From contig OZ253470.1 in NCBI GenBank assembly GCA_965261735.1, forward strand, positions 1,120,001 to 1,184,000: a stretch of DNA of 64,000 nt. Reading direction: 5' to 3'. Positions 1 through 8,768 of the stretch are shown one piece after another; position 1 is the stretch's first letter, and every line of letters starts with the position of its first letter. Made by a program: the position numbers and the translations under genes. The notes beneath the pieces are model-generated. The model did not search any database, had not been told where the DNA came from, and saw only the letters and a list, made by a program, of their open reading frames with translations. Source of the stretch: Alphaproteobacteria bacterium (GTDB taxonomy: Bacteria; Pseudomonadota; Alphaproteobacteria; SHVV01).

Positions 1-1
1 C

Positions 2-865
2 GAGGTCGCGATCGGCGCCGGCAACACCAAGCAGTTCAGCTGCCCCTATCACGGCTGGAGCTACGACCTCACCGGCAAGCTCGTCGGTGCCGCCTATATG
101 CAGGAGGCGCAGGGTTTCGATCCCGCGCAATGTCGCCTCAGCCCGATCCGGCTCGACGTCTGGCGCGGCAACGTCTTCGTCACCTTCGATTCGGGCGCGC
201 CGCCACTCGACGAGTTCCTCGCCGACTTCGAGCGCGACTTCGGGATCTTGCGCCAGGAGGACACGCGCCTCGCTTACCGCCTCAATATCGATCTCGATTG
301 CAACTGGAAATTCATCTACGAGAACTTCCTCGACGCCTATCACGTCCATACGCTCCACGGCAAAACCATCGGTACCGACTACGATGTTAGCGAAGAGGGC
401 TTTCATCTGCGCGAGCAGGGCGGCTTCGCCTCGACCTACAGCACCCCGACCCAATCCCCCGACGGGCGCGCTCTGTTCGGCCTCATCCCGTGGCTCGCGG
501 ACCGCGGCGAGCGCTTCGCCATGAACGGATTCATGGCGCCGAACGTGCTGATCTTCGCGCGCGCCGACAACAGCCGCGTCTACACTTCCTGGCCGATCGC
601 GCCGGACAAGTGCCGGATCTCGACATGCCATCTCGTGCCGGAGTCGTTCTTCGAGCAGCCCGACTACGAGGAAAAGATCAAGGTCTACCGCGACTACAAC
701 GTCGAGGTCCTCGAGGAAGACCGCTCGATGCTCGCATCGATGCAGAAGGCCATGGGCTCGCGCCGCTATGCGCCGGGCCCGATGTCAAAGCTGGAGGGCG
801 GCATCTACCACGTGATCAACAACCACCTCGACCGCATCTTCGGTCCCGAGCAATTTCATAAATAA
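2..865 (+). CDS. Rieske non-heme iron oxygenase alpha subunit (5'-partial; choline monooxygenase-like)
   Basis: Frame open from the window edge: CPYHGWSYDL (second half of the Rieske motif), CNWKFIYENFLDAYHVHTLH (mononuclear Fe ligands), EED...Q..M.S C-terminus. Confidence 0.93.
   Translation, partial: EVAIGAGNTKQFSCPYHGWSYDLTGKLVGAAYMQEAQGFDPAQCRLSPIRLDVWRGNVFVTFDSGAPPLDEFLADFERDFGILRQEDTRLAYRLNIDLDCNWKFIYENFLDAYHVHTLHGKTIGTDYDVSEEGFHLREQGGFASTYSTPTQSPDGRALFGLIPWLADRGERFAMNGFMAPNVLIFARADNSRVYTSWPIAPDKCRISTCHLVPESFFEQPDYEEKIKVYRDYNVEVLEEDRSMLASMQKAMGSRRYAPGPMSKLEGGIYHVINNHLDRIFGPEQFHK
805..852 (+). repeat. 48-bp direct repeat, copy 1 (3' end of Rieske gene)
   Basis: ctaccacgtgatcaacaaccacctcgaccgcatcttcggtcccgagca recurs at 2554-2602 with one substitution and one extra T. 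Confidence 0.95.
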
Positions 866-899
866 TAACAGTTGATTACGCCGAACCTTTCCTATCCGG

Positions 900-928
900 T
901 TTACACCCACACCCACTAGGGCTAGAAT
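900..928 (+). promoter_or_regulatory. sigma70-like promoter of the IS1595 transposase
   Basis: TTTACA-17 bp-TAGAAT, then a GGGGAG RBS before ATG 959. Conserved in all three copies. Confidence 0.6.
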
Positions 929-958
929 GGGCGCAACCCGGATATAGGGGAGCGCGCC

Positions 959-1978
959 ATGGATGTTCTCGACCGCGCCGATCTCCCATTCCCGCATTCG
1001 CTACCCGAGTTCCAGCGACTTTTCCCCGATGATGCGGCCTGCGCCGCCTACCTGGAGAAAGCCCGCTGGGGAGACGGCTTTGCCTGCCCGCACTGCGGCA
1101 CGGCGGGAGAGCCGTTCCACTTTGAAAACCGCCCTGGCGTCCTGCGCTGCCGCAAGTGCCGCCAGAACACCGGGCTGACGGTGGGAACAGTGATGGAGCG
1201 TAGCCACACTCCGCTGAACGTCTGGTTCTGGGCCGCTTATCTGGTCGCCAGTCAGACGCCCGGCATGTCCGCCGTGCAGTTTCAGCGGCAACTTGGTCTT
1301 TCGCGCTACGAGACGGCCTTTCAAATTCTCCACAAGCTCCGCTCGGGCATGGTGCGGCCCAACCAAGACAGGATCGGTGGACAGCCCAAGAACCATGTTG
1401 AGGTGGACGAAACCTGGGTTGGCGGGCGAACGCGTGGGGAAGGCCGTGGTGTTCACCACAAGGTTCCCGTCTCCTGTGCCATCGAGGTGCGTCATCGAAA
1501 GCCGGGCACCAAGCTCGACAACCGGAAAGACGGACGCTATGCCGGACGCGTTCGGCTCGCCGTCGTGCTCGACCGTAGCGCCGAGTCGCTCTGTGGGTTC
1601 GTCGAGAGCACCGTCGCGCCGCGATCGCTGACCGTTACTGACGATTGGAGCGGCTATGCTGGCCTCGGTAAGCGCGGCTATGAGCACTTCGCTGTTGCCG
1701 AGCGTGGTGATCCAGAGGTTGCCGAGCAATACCTGCCGATCATCCATCTGGTTTTCGCCAACCTGAAGACGTGGCTGATCGGTATCCACCACGGCGTTAG
1801 CCACCAGCACCTACAAGCCTACCTCAACGAGTTCACCTTCCGCTTCAACAGGCCGTTCTACCCGTTCAACGCCTTCCGCTCATTGCTCGGCATCGCGGGC
1901 GACACCTCTGCTCCAACCTATGCCGAGCTTTACTCGGGAGAGTGGTGGCACCCTACATGTAGCGGTCATGGGCGTTAA
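959..1978 (+). CDS. IS1595-family (ISXO2-like) DDE transposase
   Basis: N-terminal Zn ribbon CPHC...CRKC, VEVDETW, TDDWSGY, YLNEFTFRFN. Confidence 0.95.
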   Translation: MDVLDRADLPFPHSLPEFQRLFPDDAACAAYLEKARWGDGFACPHCGTAGEPFHFENRPGVLRCRKCRQNTGLTVGTVMERSHTPLNVWFWAAYLVASQTPGMSAVQFQRQLGLSRYETAFQILHKLRSGMVRPNQDRIGGQPKNHVEVDETWVGGRTRGEGRGVHHKVPVSCAIEVRHRKPGTKLDNRKDGRYAGRVRLAVVLDRSAESLCGFVESTVAPRSLTVTDDWSGYAGLGKRGYEHFAVAERGDPEVAEQYLPIIHLVFANLKTWLIGIHHGVSHQHLQAYLNEFTFRFNRPFYPFNAFRSLLGIAGDTSAPTYAELYSGEWWHPTCSGHGR

Positions 1979-2046
1979 CCGGATAGGCAAGGACTTAAGT
2001 TGGGCGATTTTCCACCCAATTTTCGCCCAACATTTTTTTCTTAGGG

Positions 2047-2553
2047 CTAGAAGGGCACACCCTGGCGTTGGATACGTCCTAACTGCCTGCGGATCGTCTC
2101 GGCTATTTTCTCTGCGCTCGGCGTAAGGTTCTCAACGTCGAGTTCCTCTTTCGCGATCTGCCTCGTGACCTCGGTGATTGGGAGATTGGGTGCACCAGCT
2201 CGTATCCCAACCGCCCGGGCACACCTTTTCGCAATGGTTTCCCTGGTTGCTGCCTTCTTCCAAAGATGCTCGATGGCCGCCCTTACGTTCGCTGGCAGCG
2301 CGCTAAGTTGCGATATAGGGTCCAGGGCGCCAACCCCAGCCACGTGGGCAGAGTCGGACCACAACGCGTTCGTGAGAGCAGCAATTTCGTTCGCTCTAAA
2401 CGCTACCTCCTCATACTCCCGCATGGCATATCCGGGCGCCAAGAAATCTGTCCACTGGTTGTCAACGACCGGTTGGGCACCGCCGGTCTTGCCTAGCAGA
2501 TATGGCGCGGTTTTCGTAGAGTAGGGGTAAACGGGCGCGGAACCGTTCGAGTC
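2047..2553 (-). pseudogene. C-terminal fragment of an unknown, lower-GC foreign protein
   Basis: The frame stays open upstream of the called start 2442 (SNGSAPVYPYSTKTAPYLLGK...) up to the repeat junction at ~2553, where it is cut. Confidence 0.5.
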
Positions 2554-2621
2554 CTACCACGTGGTCAACAACCACCTCGACCGCATCTTTCGGTCCCGAG
2601 CACGCGGCAGCGGCCGAGTAG
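2554..2621 (+). repeat. Direct repeat copy 2 plus displaced original 3' end of the Rieske gene
   Basis: With the extra T removed it reads YHVVNNHLDRIFGPEHAAAAE-stop. Confidence 0.85.
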
Positions 2622-2626
2622 GGATC

Positions 2627-3319
2627 CTAGGCGCGCGCGGTCGCGGTGGTCGGGACGCCGTCGTCGTCGGTTGCGCTGCCGGCCACGGCCTGGCGGCTGA
2701 TGTTCCACGCGAGGGTGATGCGCGGGCGCTGCCCGACATAGGGGTTGACGCAGTGCACGACCTCGGCCGGCCAGATCAACATGGTGCCGGCCGCCTGCGG
2801 CAGTATGAGCGGCGTCGTCATCACGCCCTTCTGCTCGCCGCAGCAGGCATCGAGGCGCGGATCGACGATGGTGAGCTTGCCGCTCACGGGATCGTCGGCA
2901 TCCGGATCGCCGGGGTCGAGGCAGTAGACAACGCTGGCGACCGAGCGGCGGTGGGCGTGGGGCGCCACGTAGTCGCCGGCGCGATAGACGTTGGCCCAGC
3001 TTAGATCGATGGCGGCCTGGGGGCTGCCCAGGGTCTGCTTGAACAGGGCGATGGCACGGGCGTTGATCAGGTCGGCCTCGGGGCACTTCCATTGGTCGAG
3101 ATGGTGCACCTTGCGCCCGCCGAGCGCCCGCGACTCCGGCCGGTCGTCACCCCACTTCAGCGCCTCGAGCTCGAGCACCTTGGCGATCAGGGCCGGATGG
3201 TACTCGCCGATATCGCCGAACGTCGTCCAGCGAATGCTCACGTCGAGAGGCCGGAGCTTCTGGCCCGGCGGCCACACCGCGATCCGGCGCGGGCCGAGAG
3301 TGACCACGTCCGTCGCCAC
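2627..3319 (-). CDS. Putative 2OG-Fe(II) oxygenase (TIGR02466-like)
   Basis: SWANVY...PHAH...SVVYC...DPR...G.MLIWP...HCVNPY...RITLAWN. Probable GTG start at 3319. Confidence 0.8.
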   Translation of the reverse strand: MATDVVTLGPRRIAVWPPGQKLRPLDVSIRWTTFGDIGEYHPALIAKVLELEALKWGDDRPESRALGGRKVHHLDQWKCPEADLINARAIALFKQTLGSPQAAIDLSWANVYRAGDYVAPHAHRRSVASVVYCLDPGDPDADDPVSGKLTIVDPRLDACCGEQKGVMTTPLILPQAAGTMLIWPAEVVHCVNPYVGQRPRITLAWNISRQAVAGSATDDDGVPTTATARA

Positions 3320-3327
3320 GGAGAGCC

Positions 3328-3543
3328 CTATTGCTGACCGCTGCGCCGGGCCTCGCGCTCGGTCCGGCGGAACAGCTCGTCCCATTCCGCCTGGCGATTG
3401 GCGCGCTCGCGCGCGACACACTTGTCGAATTCCGCCGAGGTCGCCTTGATCCCGGCTTCCAGGCAGCGGCTCTCGTCGAGTGACCCGGCGGAACAGCCGG
3501 CGAGGGCGAGGGGCAAGACGATCGCGAGTGAACGAAAAAGCAT
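3328..3543 (-). CDS. Small lipoprotein
   Basis: MLFRSLAIVLPLALAGC lipobox, C...C pair, GGAG RBS. Confidence 0.7.
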   Translation of the reverse strand: MLFRSLAIVLPLALAGCSAGSLDESRCLEAGIKATSAEFDKCVARERANRQAEWDELFRRTEREARRSGQQ

Positions 3544-3569
3544 GGAAACTCCTGCTTTGCCCCTCCGGC

Positions 3570-4703
3570 TCAGGTGTCGACGGCATTGCTGATGACCAGG
3601 CGCTGGACATCGCTGGTGCCCTCGTAAATCTGGCACACCCGGACATCGCGGTAAATCCGCTCGACGGGGAAGTCGGCGAGGTAACCGTAGCCACCGTGAA
3701 TCTGGATCGCGGCCGAGCACACGCGCTCGGCCATTTCGGATGCGAACAGCTTGGCCATGGACGCCTCCTTGAGGCACGGCGCGCCGGCATCGCGTAGTGT
3801 CGCGGCGTGGAGCACGAGCTGGCGCGCCGCCTCGATCTGGGTGGCCATGTCGGCGAGGCGAAACGCCACCGCCTGGTGTTTGAGGATCGCCTTGCCGAAG
3901 GCCTCGCGCTCCTTGGCGTAGTCGAGCGCCGCCGCGTACGCGGCGCGCGCCATGCCGATGGCCTGGGCGCCGATCCCGATGCGGCCGCCCTCGAGATGGG
4001 CGAGCGCGATGCGGTAACCCTCGCCGGGCTCGCCGAGCATCAAATCGGGCATGAGCTCCACATCCTCGAGCGCGATCTGGCACAGATCGGAGGCCCGCTG
4101 GCCGAGCTTGCTCTCGCGCCGGGCGACGCGATAGCCGTCGCTGTCGGTTGGGACGATGAACGCGCTGATGCCCTTCTTGCCGGCCGCCGCATCGGTCACG
4201 GCGAAGACGATGCCGACGTCGGCGTGGGCGCCCGAGGTGACGAACTGCTTGGTGCCGCTGAGGACATACTTGTTGCCGGCAGCACGCGCGACGGTGCGGA
4301 TGGCGGCGGCATCGGATCCGGCGCCGGGTTCGCTGAGGCAGAACGCGCCGAGTTTCTCCCCGCGCGCCAGGGGTTTGAGGAAACGCTCCCTCTGCTCGTC
4401 GGTTCCTTCCGCCAGCAGCGCCGTGCACACGGGCGAGTTGTTGACACCCATGATGGTCGAGCAGGCGCCGTCGCCGGCGGCGATCTCCTCCATCGTCAAC
4501 GCGTAGGTGACGAAGTCGGCGCCGGCGCCGCCCCATTCTTGCGGTACCAGCATGCCCATGAGACCGAGCTCGCCGAGCTTGGCCACGGCCTCGGCCGGGA
4601 AGCGCACCTCGCGATCCCACTCGGCCGCATGGGGCGCGAGCTCAGCCGTAGCGAAATCGCGCGCCATGTCGCGCGCAAGGCGCTGTTCCTCGCCCGGGAT
4701 CAT
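3570..4703 (-). CDS. Acyl-CoA dehydrogenase
   Basis: [37 protein letters not shown]. Confidence 0.96.
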   Translation of the reverse strand: MIPGEEQRLARDMARDFATAELAPHAAEWDREVRFPAEAVAKLGELGLMGMLVPQEWGGAGADFVTYALTMEEIAAGDGACSTIMGVNNSPVCTALLAEGTDEQRERFLKPLARGEKLGAFCLSEPGAGSDAAAIRTVARAAGNKYVLSGTKQFVTSGAHADVGIVFAVTDAAAGKKGISAFIVPTDSDGYRVARRESKLGQRASDLCQIALEDVELMPDLMLGEPGEGYRIALAHLEGGRIGIGAQAIGMARAAYAAALDYAKEREAFGKAILKHQAVAFRLADMATQIEAARQLVLHAATLRDAGAPCLKEASMAKLFASEMAERVCSAAIQIHGGYGYLADFPVERIYRDVRVCQIYEGTSDVQRLVISNAVDT

Positions 4704-4788
4704 GCCGGGCTCACCAACCCGCTGTGTGAGAGGCGCCCATCCCGCTACCATACAACATCCGCGCCGCCGCTAACCTTGGAGAGGCCCG

Positions 4789-5598
4789 ATGAGCGAGACT
4801 TACGCCGGCTACGAGACCCTGCTGTTCGACCGCCCGGCGCCGCGCGTGCTGCGCATCACCATGAACCGGCCCGACCGCCTCAATGCGACGAGTTCGCGCA
4901 TGCACGGCGAGCTCGTCGAGGTATGGCGCGACGTCGACCGTGACGACAGCGTCAACGCGGCGATCCTGTGCGGGGCGGGGCGCGGCTTCTCGGCCGGCGG
5001 CGACCGCGAGTGGGTGGCCGAGCTGGCGCGCGACTTCGCGGTGCGGGCGCGTGCCTGGCGCGAGGCGCGCGACCTCGTCTACAACATCGTCAACTGCTCG
5101 AAGCCCATCGTCTCGGCGATCCACGGGCCAGCGGTCGGCGCGGGCCTCGCCGCCGGGCTCCTGGCCGACGTCTCGATCGTCGCGCGCGGCGCCCGGCTCA
5201 TCGACGGCCATACCAAGCTCGGCGTCGCCGCTGGCGATCACGCGGCGATTATCTGGCCCCTGCTGTGCGGCATGGCCAAGGCCAAGTACTACCTGCTGCT
5301 GTGCGACGAGCTCTCGGGCGCGGAAGCCGAGCGCATCGGGCTCGTTTCGCTGTGCGTCGATGACGAGGCGCTCCAGGACAAAGCGGTCGAGGTCGCGGGC
5401 CGCCTCGCCACCGGAGCCCCGGCCGCCATCCGCTGGACCAAATACGCGCTCAACAACTGGCTGCGCGCCGCAGGCCCCATCTTCGATACCTCGACCGCGC
5501 TCGAGTTCCTCAACTTCACCGGCCCCGACGTGCACGAGGGCCTCGCGGCGCTGGCCGAAAAGCGCGAACCGGCCTTCGATCCGGAGGGCGCGGCTTAG
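4789..5598 (+). CDS. Enoyl-CoA hydratase/isomerase family protein
   Basis: [43 protein letters not shown]. Confidence 0.93.
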   Translation: MSETYAGYETLLFDRPAPRVLRITMNRPDRLNATSSRMHGELVEVWRDVDRDDSVNAAILCGAGRGFSAGGDREWVAELARDFAVRARAWREARDLVYNIVNCSKPIVSAIHGPAVGAGLAAGLLADVSIVARGARLIDGHTKLGVAAGDHAAIIWPLLCGMAKAKYYLLLCDELSGAEAERIGLVSLCVDDEALQDKAVEVAGRLATGAPAAIRWTKYALNNWLRAAGPIFDTSTALEFLNFTGPDVHEGLAALAEKREPAFDPEGAA

Positions 5599-5621
5599 CC
5601 CCTCAACCGGGGTCACCTGAA

Positions 5622-6890
5622 GTGGACGACGACGCGTTCCTAGCCTTCCGGCGGCAAACCTACGCGCAGCTGCGCCGGGCGTCGGACCGCGTGCGCAACG
5701 AGTTCATCCCCGACTTCGCCGCCCGAGGCGCACCGACCCGCGAGGCGTTCTACGCCATCAACCGCGGCTATTTCGTGGACGACGTGTTGCGCGGCCAGAT
5801 GGTCAGCGAGAGCGACGCCAAGAGCTTCGCGGCCGACGGCGCCAAGGACCCGTTCTACGTCACCGCGCTCGATGACCTCGGCGGTCCGCCGGCCGGGCGC
5901 GGCAACGCCGGCGGGTTCGAGACACTGCATCCGCGCTTCGCGGAAGCCGTCGTCGCCCGGACCTTCGCCGCGCTGGACGCAGCCGGGCCCTTCGAGGACG
6001 AGGAGGCTTTCCTGCGGGTGCTCACCCTCGTCGACTTCCTGCTGCAAGTCGCCCACTTCGCGAAGGACGGCAGCGGGCGCAGCGGCGAGGACCTGCTGGT
6101 GCTGCTCGGCGAGCGCCATGGCACGCCGCTGACGTTCTCGATCACCGGCTACCGCGGTGCGATCGAGGGTCCGGGGCGGCTCATGTCGCTGCGCCACGCC
6201 ACCCAGAAGATCGCCCAAGTCGAGATCTCGCGAAACTTCTTCGGCTCCCTTGGCTTGAGCCCGCCCGAGGCGACGCCGACCCATATCCGCGACCTGCTCG
6301 AGAGCCTAGTGCGCGTCGGTCGAGCCGCGGGTTCGGGTACCCGCCAGGCGCGCTTGACTTGGCCCGACGGCCTCGGCGGCACCATCGAGGAGATCTTCGC
6401 TCCGCTGGCGCCGGGCGACGACGGGGGCGACCCCGACCTGGCGCGTACCCATCCCTACCGGCTCTACGCGAGTTTCCTCGCCCGGGAGGCGATCTACCTA
6501 ACGCTGTGCCTGGCGGAGCCCGAACGGCTCACGCCGGGCCTGTGCGCGCGCTACCCCCTGTCGATGGCCTGCCGCGCGCGCGACCTCCGGGGTGCCCGGC
6601 GCCATGCGTACCTGGCGGTCCCGGCCCGGGCGGCCGAGGCTGCCGACGAGGCGGTGGCGCGGCTCGAGCTTGTGCGCCGTGGGAAGCTCGCGCACGAGGA
6701 TGCCGAGTTGGCGCGGCTACTCGAGCAGCTCGCGCACCCGGCTCCCCGCCTGGCCGACCTCATCGCCGCTGAGCGTGACTTCGCGCCGCTGGAGGCACTG
6801 CTCGGCCGCCTCCGCCTGTCGGTCACGCCGGCGGTGACGGCGGAAGAGGTGCGGCAAGCTGTTCTCCGCGATCTCAAGATCGTGCCGGAG
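5622..6890 (+). CDS. Hypothetical protein with divergent Fic/Doc-like motif (3' end uncertain, no stop before 7541)
   Basis: HFAKDGSGRSGE at 6054-6089 has the spacing of HPFxDGNGRxxR. Coding-like composition fades after ~6890. Confidence 0.55.
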
Positions 6891-6891
6891 T

Positions 6892-6908
6892 CCGGCACCG
6901 GTTTTGCA
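6892..6908 (+). promoter_or_regulatory. Candidate sigma54 (-24/-12) promoter
   Basis: CCGGCACCGGTTTTGCA versus consensus YTGGCACG-N4-TTGCW, with correct GG-N10-GC spacing. Confidence 0.4.
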
Positions 6909-7053
6909 CAAGGCGCGACTATCGACGAGCGAGCAACCGAAGTCACTCGCGGCAATCCGGCCGCGCGCAGAATTCCAGCGGGCCAAATCCTGAAGTGTTC
7001 CGAACCGGCCCGCGCTTGCCGGCGCGCGGCGATGCGCGCTACAACGAGCGGCG

Positions 7054-7541
7054 ATGGACCAGGGTGCTATCTTCGGCCTGCAGTTCCTGCTGAGCCTGAT
7101 CGTCTACGCTCTGATCGCGAGGTGGTTCGTGGCGCCCTGGCTCGCGGCAAAGCCCGTCGAGCAGGCGCTGGTGCCGCTCATCCTGCCGCACGCGTTCCGC
7201 CACATCGGGCTCACGTTCCTCGTGCCGGGCGTCGTCGCCGCGCCCCTGCCGCCTGCGTTCGCCAACCCCGCCGCCTACGGCGACCTCACCACCGCCGTGC
7301 TCGCCATCGTGGCGCTTGTCGCCCTCCGTGGACGTTGGACGGTGGCACTACCGCTGGTGTGGCTGTTCAACCTCGTCGGCACCGTGGACTTGCTCTACGC
7401 CGTGATAGGGGCTTCACGGTCGATGCGCAGCAGAACATGGGCGCGACCTGGTACATCCCGACCTTCATCGTCCCCCTGCTGCTGGTGACCCACGTCATGG
7501 TCTTCGCCCGCCTCCTGCGCCCAAAGTCGGCCACGCCCTAA
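7054..7541 (+). pseudogene. Integral membrane protein with a -1 frameshift near 7405-7411
   Basis: N-terminal hydrophobic frame (HAFRHIGL.FLVPG...PAAYGD) switches to another frame for AQQNMGATWYIPTFIVPLLLVTH. The paralogous fragment at 12392 has the missing base. Confidence 0.75.
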
Positions 7542-7653
7542 TCTTGATCTCGCAAGAGGGCGCGGCGGCGACCGCACGGCACCGAAAAGGCGTCGAGCGA
7601 CCTGGAATTCCGATTCCAACGTACCCATGTTTTTGGGGGATTACAAAGAAACG

Positions 7654-7682
7654 TTGACATTATCTAGTCCAGCCCCTATATT
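7654..7682 (+). promoter_or_regulatory. sigma70 promoter with its -35 inside the left TIR
   Basis: TTGACA-17 bp-TATATT upstream of the transposase. Confidence 0.7.
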
Positions 7683-7700
7683 CAGAGTGTCGGGGGGAGA

Positions 7701-8675
7701 GTGGAAATGGCGAAGAATGCACCCGGAAAAGCCCATCGCGAGGGACTCACCGTCGTCGAACTGATGGACATGTTCCCGACCGAGGAAGCAGCGACTAAGT
7801 GGTTTGAATCCATCATCTGGCCGGATGGTCGCCATTGCCCAAAATGCGGCTCGGTCCGTACCCGCGAAGCCTCTCACAAGTATATGCCTTATTGGTGCAC
7901 CGATTGCCGCTCCTACTTCTCGGTGAAGACGGGAACCGCCATGCAGGCATCGAAAATCCCGATGCGGAAATGGGCGATTGCCATTTACCTGTGCCTGACT
8001 TCGCTCAAGTCGGTTTCGTCCATGAAGCTGAAGCGTGACATCGGCGTTTCGCAGCCGTCGGCGTGGTTCATGATGCAGCGCATTCGGGAAGCCTGGGGCG
8101 GGGAAGGCGAAGGCCCGTTCGATGGTCCGGTCGAGTTTGACGAAAGTTATTTCGGCGGAAAGCGCAAGAACAAGTCGAACGCCCAACGGGTCGAAGCCAC
8201 CGGGCGTGGCCCTGTGGACATGACGGCGGTGGTTGGCGCGAAGGACCGGGCGACGAACAAGGTCAACGCCCGCGTAATCAAGGACATCGACAAGGATACC
8301 CTGCAAGACTTTGTGGCCAAGAATGCCGAGCCTCACACCGTGGTTTACACCGACGACGCAGCGGCTTACGAGGGCATCCCCAACCCGCATGAAAGCGTCA
8401 AGCATTCGGTCTCCGAGTACGTTGACGGAATGGCCCACACCAACGGCATCGAATCCTTCTGGTCGATGCTGAAGCGCGCCCACAAGGGAACCTTCCATAA
8501 GATCAGCCCGAAACATCTGCAACGCTACGTCTCCGAGTTTGCTGGCAAGCACAACATCCGCGACTCAGGAACGCTTGCCCAAATGCACGATACCGTCGCC
8601 CGTCTCATCGGGCGCAACCTTCTCTACCGCGACCTGGTCGCCAGCAACGGGCTTTCGAATGCGAGCCGGTCGTAA
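7701..8675 (+). CDS. IS1595-family transposase (distinct from the 3-copy element)
   Basis: CPKC...CTDC Zn ribbon, VEFDESYFGG, VYTDD, HTNGIESFWS, YVSEF. Confidence 0.95.
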   Translation: MEMAKNAPGKAHREGLTVVELMDMFPTEEAATKWFESIIWPDGRHCPKCGSVRTREASHKYMPYWCTDCRSYFSVKTGTAMQASKIPMRKWAIAIYLCLTSLKSVSSMKLKRDIGVSQPSAWFMMQRIREAWGGEGEGPFDGPVEFDESYFGGKRKNKSNAQRVEATGRGPVDMTAVVGAKDRATNKVNARVIKDIDKDTLQDFVAKNAEPHTVVYTDDAAAYEGIPNPHESVKHSVSEYVDGMAHTNGIESFWSMLKRAHKGTFHKISPKHLQRYVSEFAGKHNIRDSGTLAQMHDTVARLIGRNLLYRDLVASNGLSNASRS

Positions 8676-8768
8676 CGGATCGACACGGCGAAACAGCGCG
8701 CGCACCAGCGTCTCGGGCGTCGCGCCAACCAAATCCACCTTCGGATCAAGCTTCGGCATGTATTTCAT
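8565..8768 (-). CDS. Small passenger ORF (67 aa), antisense-overlapping the transposase 3' end
   Basis: ATG overlaps the methylase stop (ATGA). Sequence MKYMPKLDPKVDLVGATPETLVRALF... Confidence 0.5.
   Translation of the reverse strand: MKYMPKLDPKVDLVGATPETLVRALFRRVDPLRPARIRKPVAGDQVAVEKVAPDETGDGIVHLGKRS

Larger units (their letters stand above)
887..1991 (+). mobile_element. IS1595-family insertion sequence, copy 1 (1105 bp, no TSD)
   Basis: Ends ctttcctatccggttta...ttaaccggataggcaag. Near-identical to 30581-31610 and 56865-59388. Flanking 8-mers cgccgaac and gacttaag do not match. Confidence 0.93.

Noticed and set aside
2540-2560. gttcgagtcc resembling a tRNA T-loop at the repeat junction
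   Set aside because: The flanks (aaccg and cctac) cannot form a T-stem and no cloverleaf is present.
5622-7541. 639-aa ORF as one real protein
   Set aside because: The distal part is read-through in an alternative frame of the 7054 gene and only rejoins it through that gene's frameshift.
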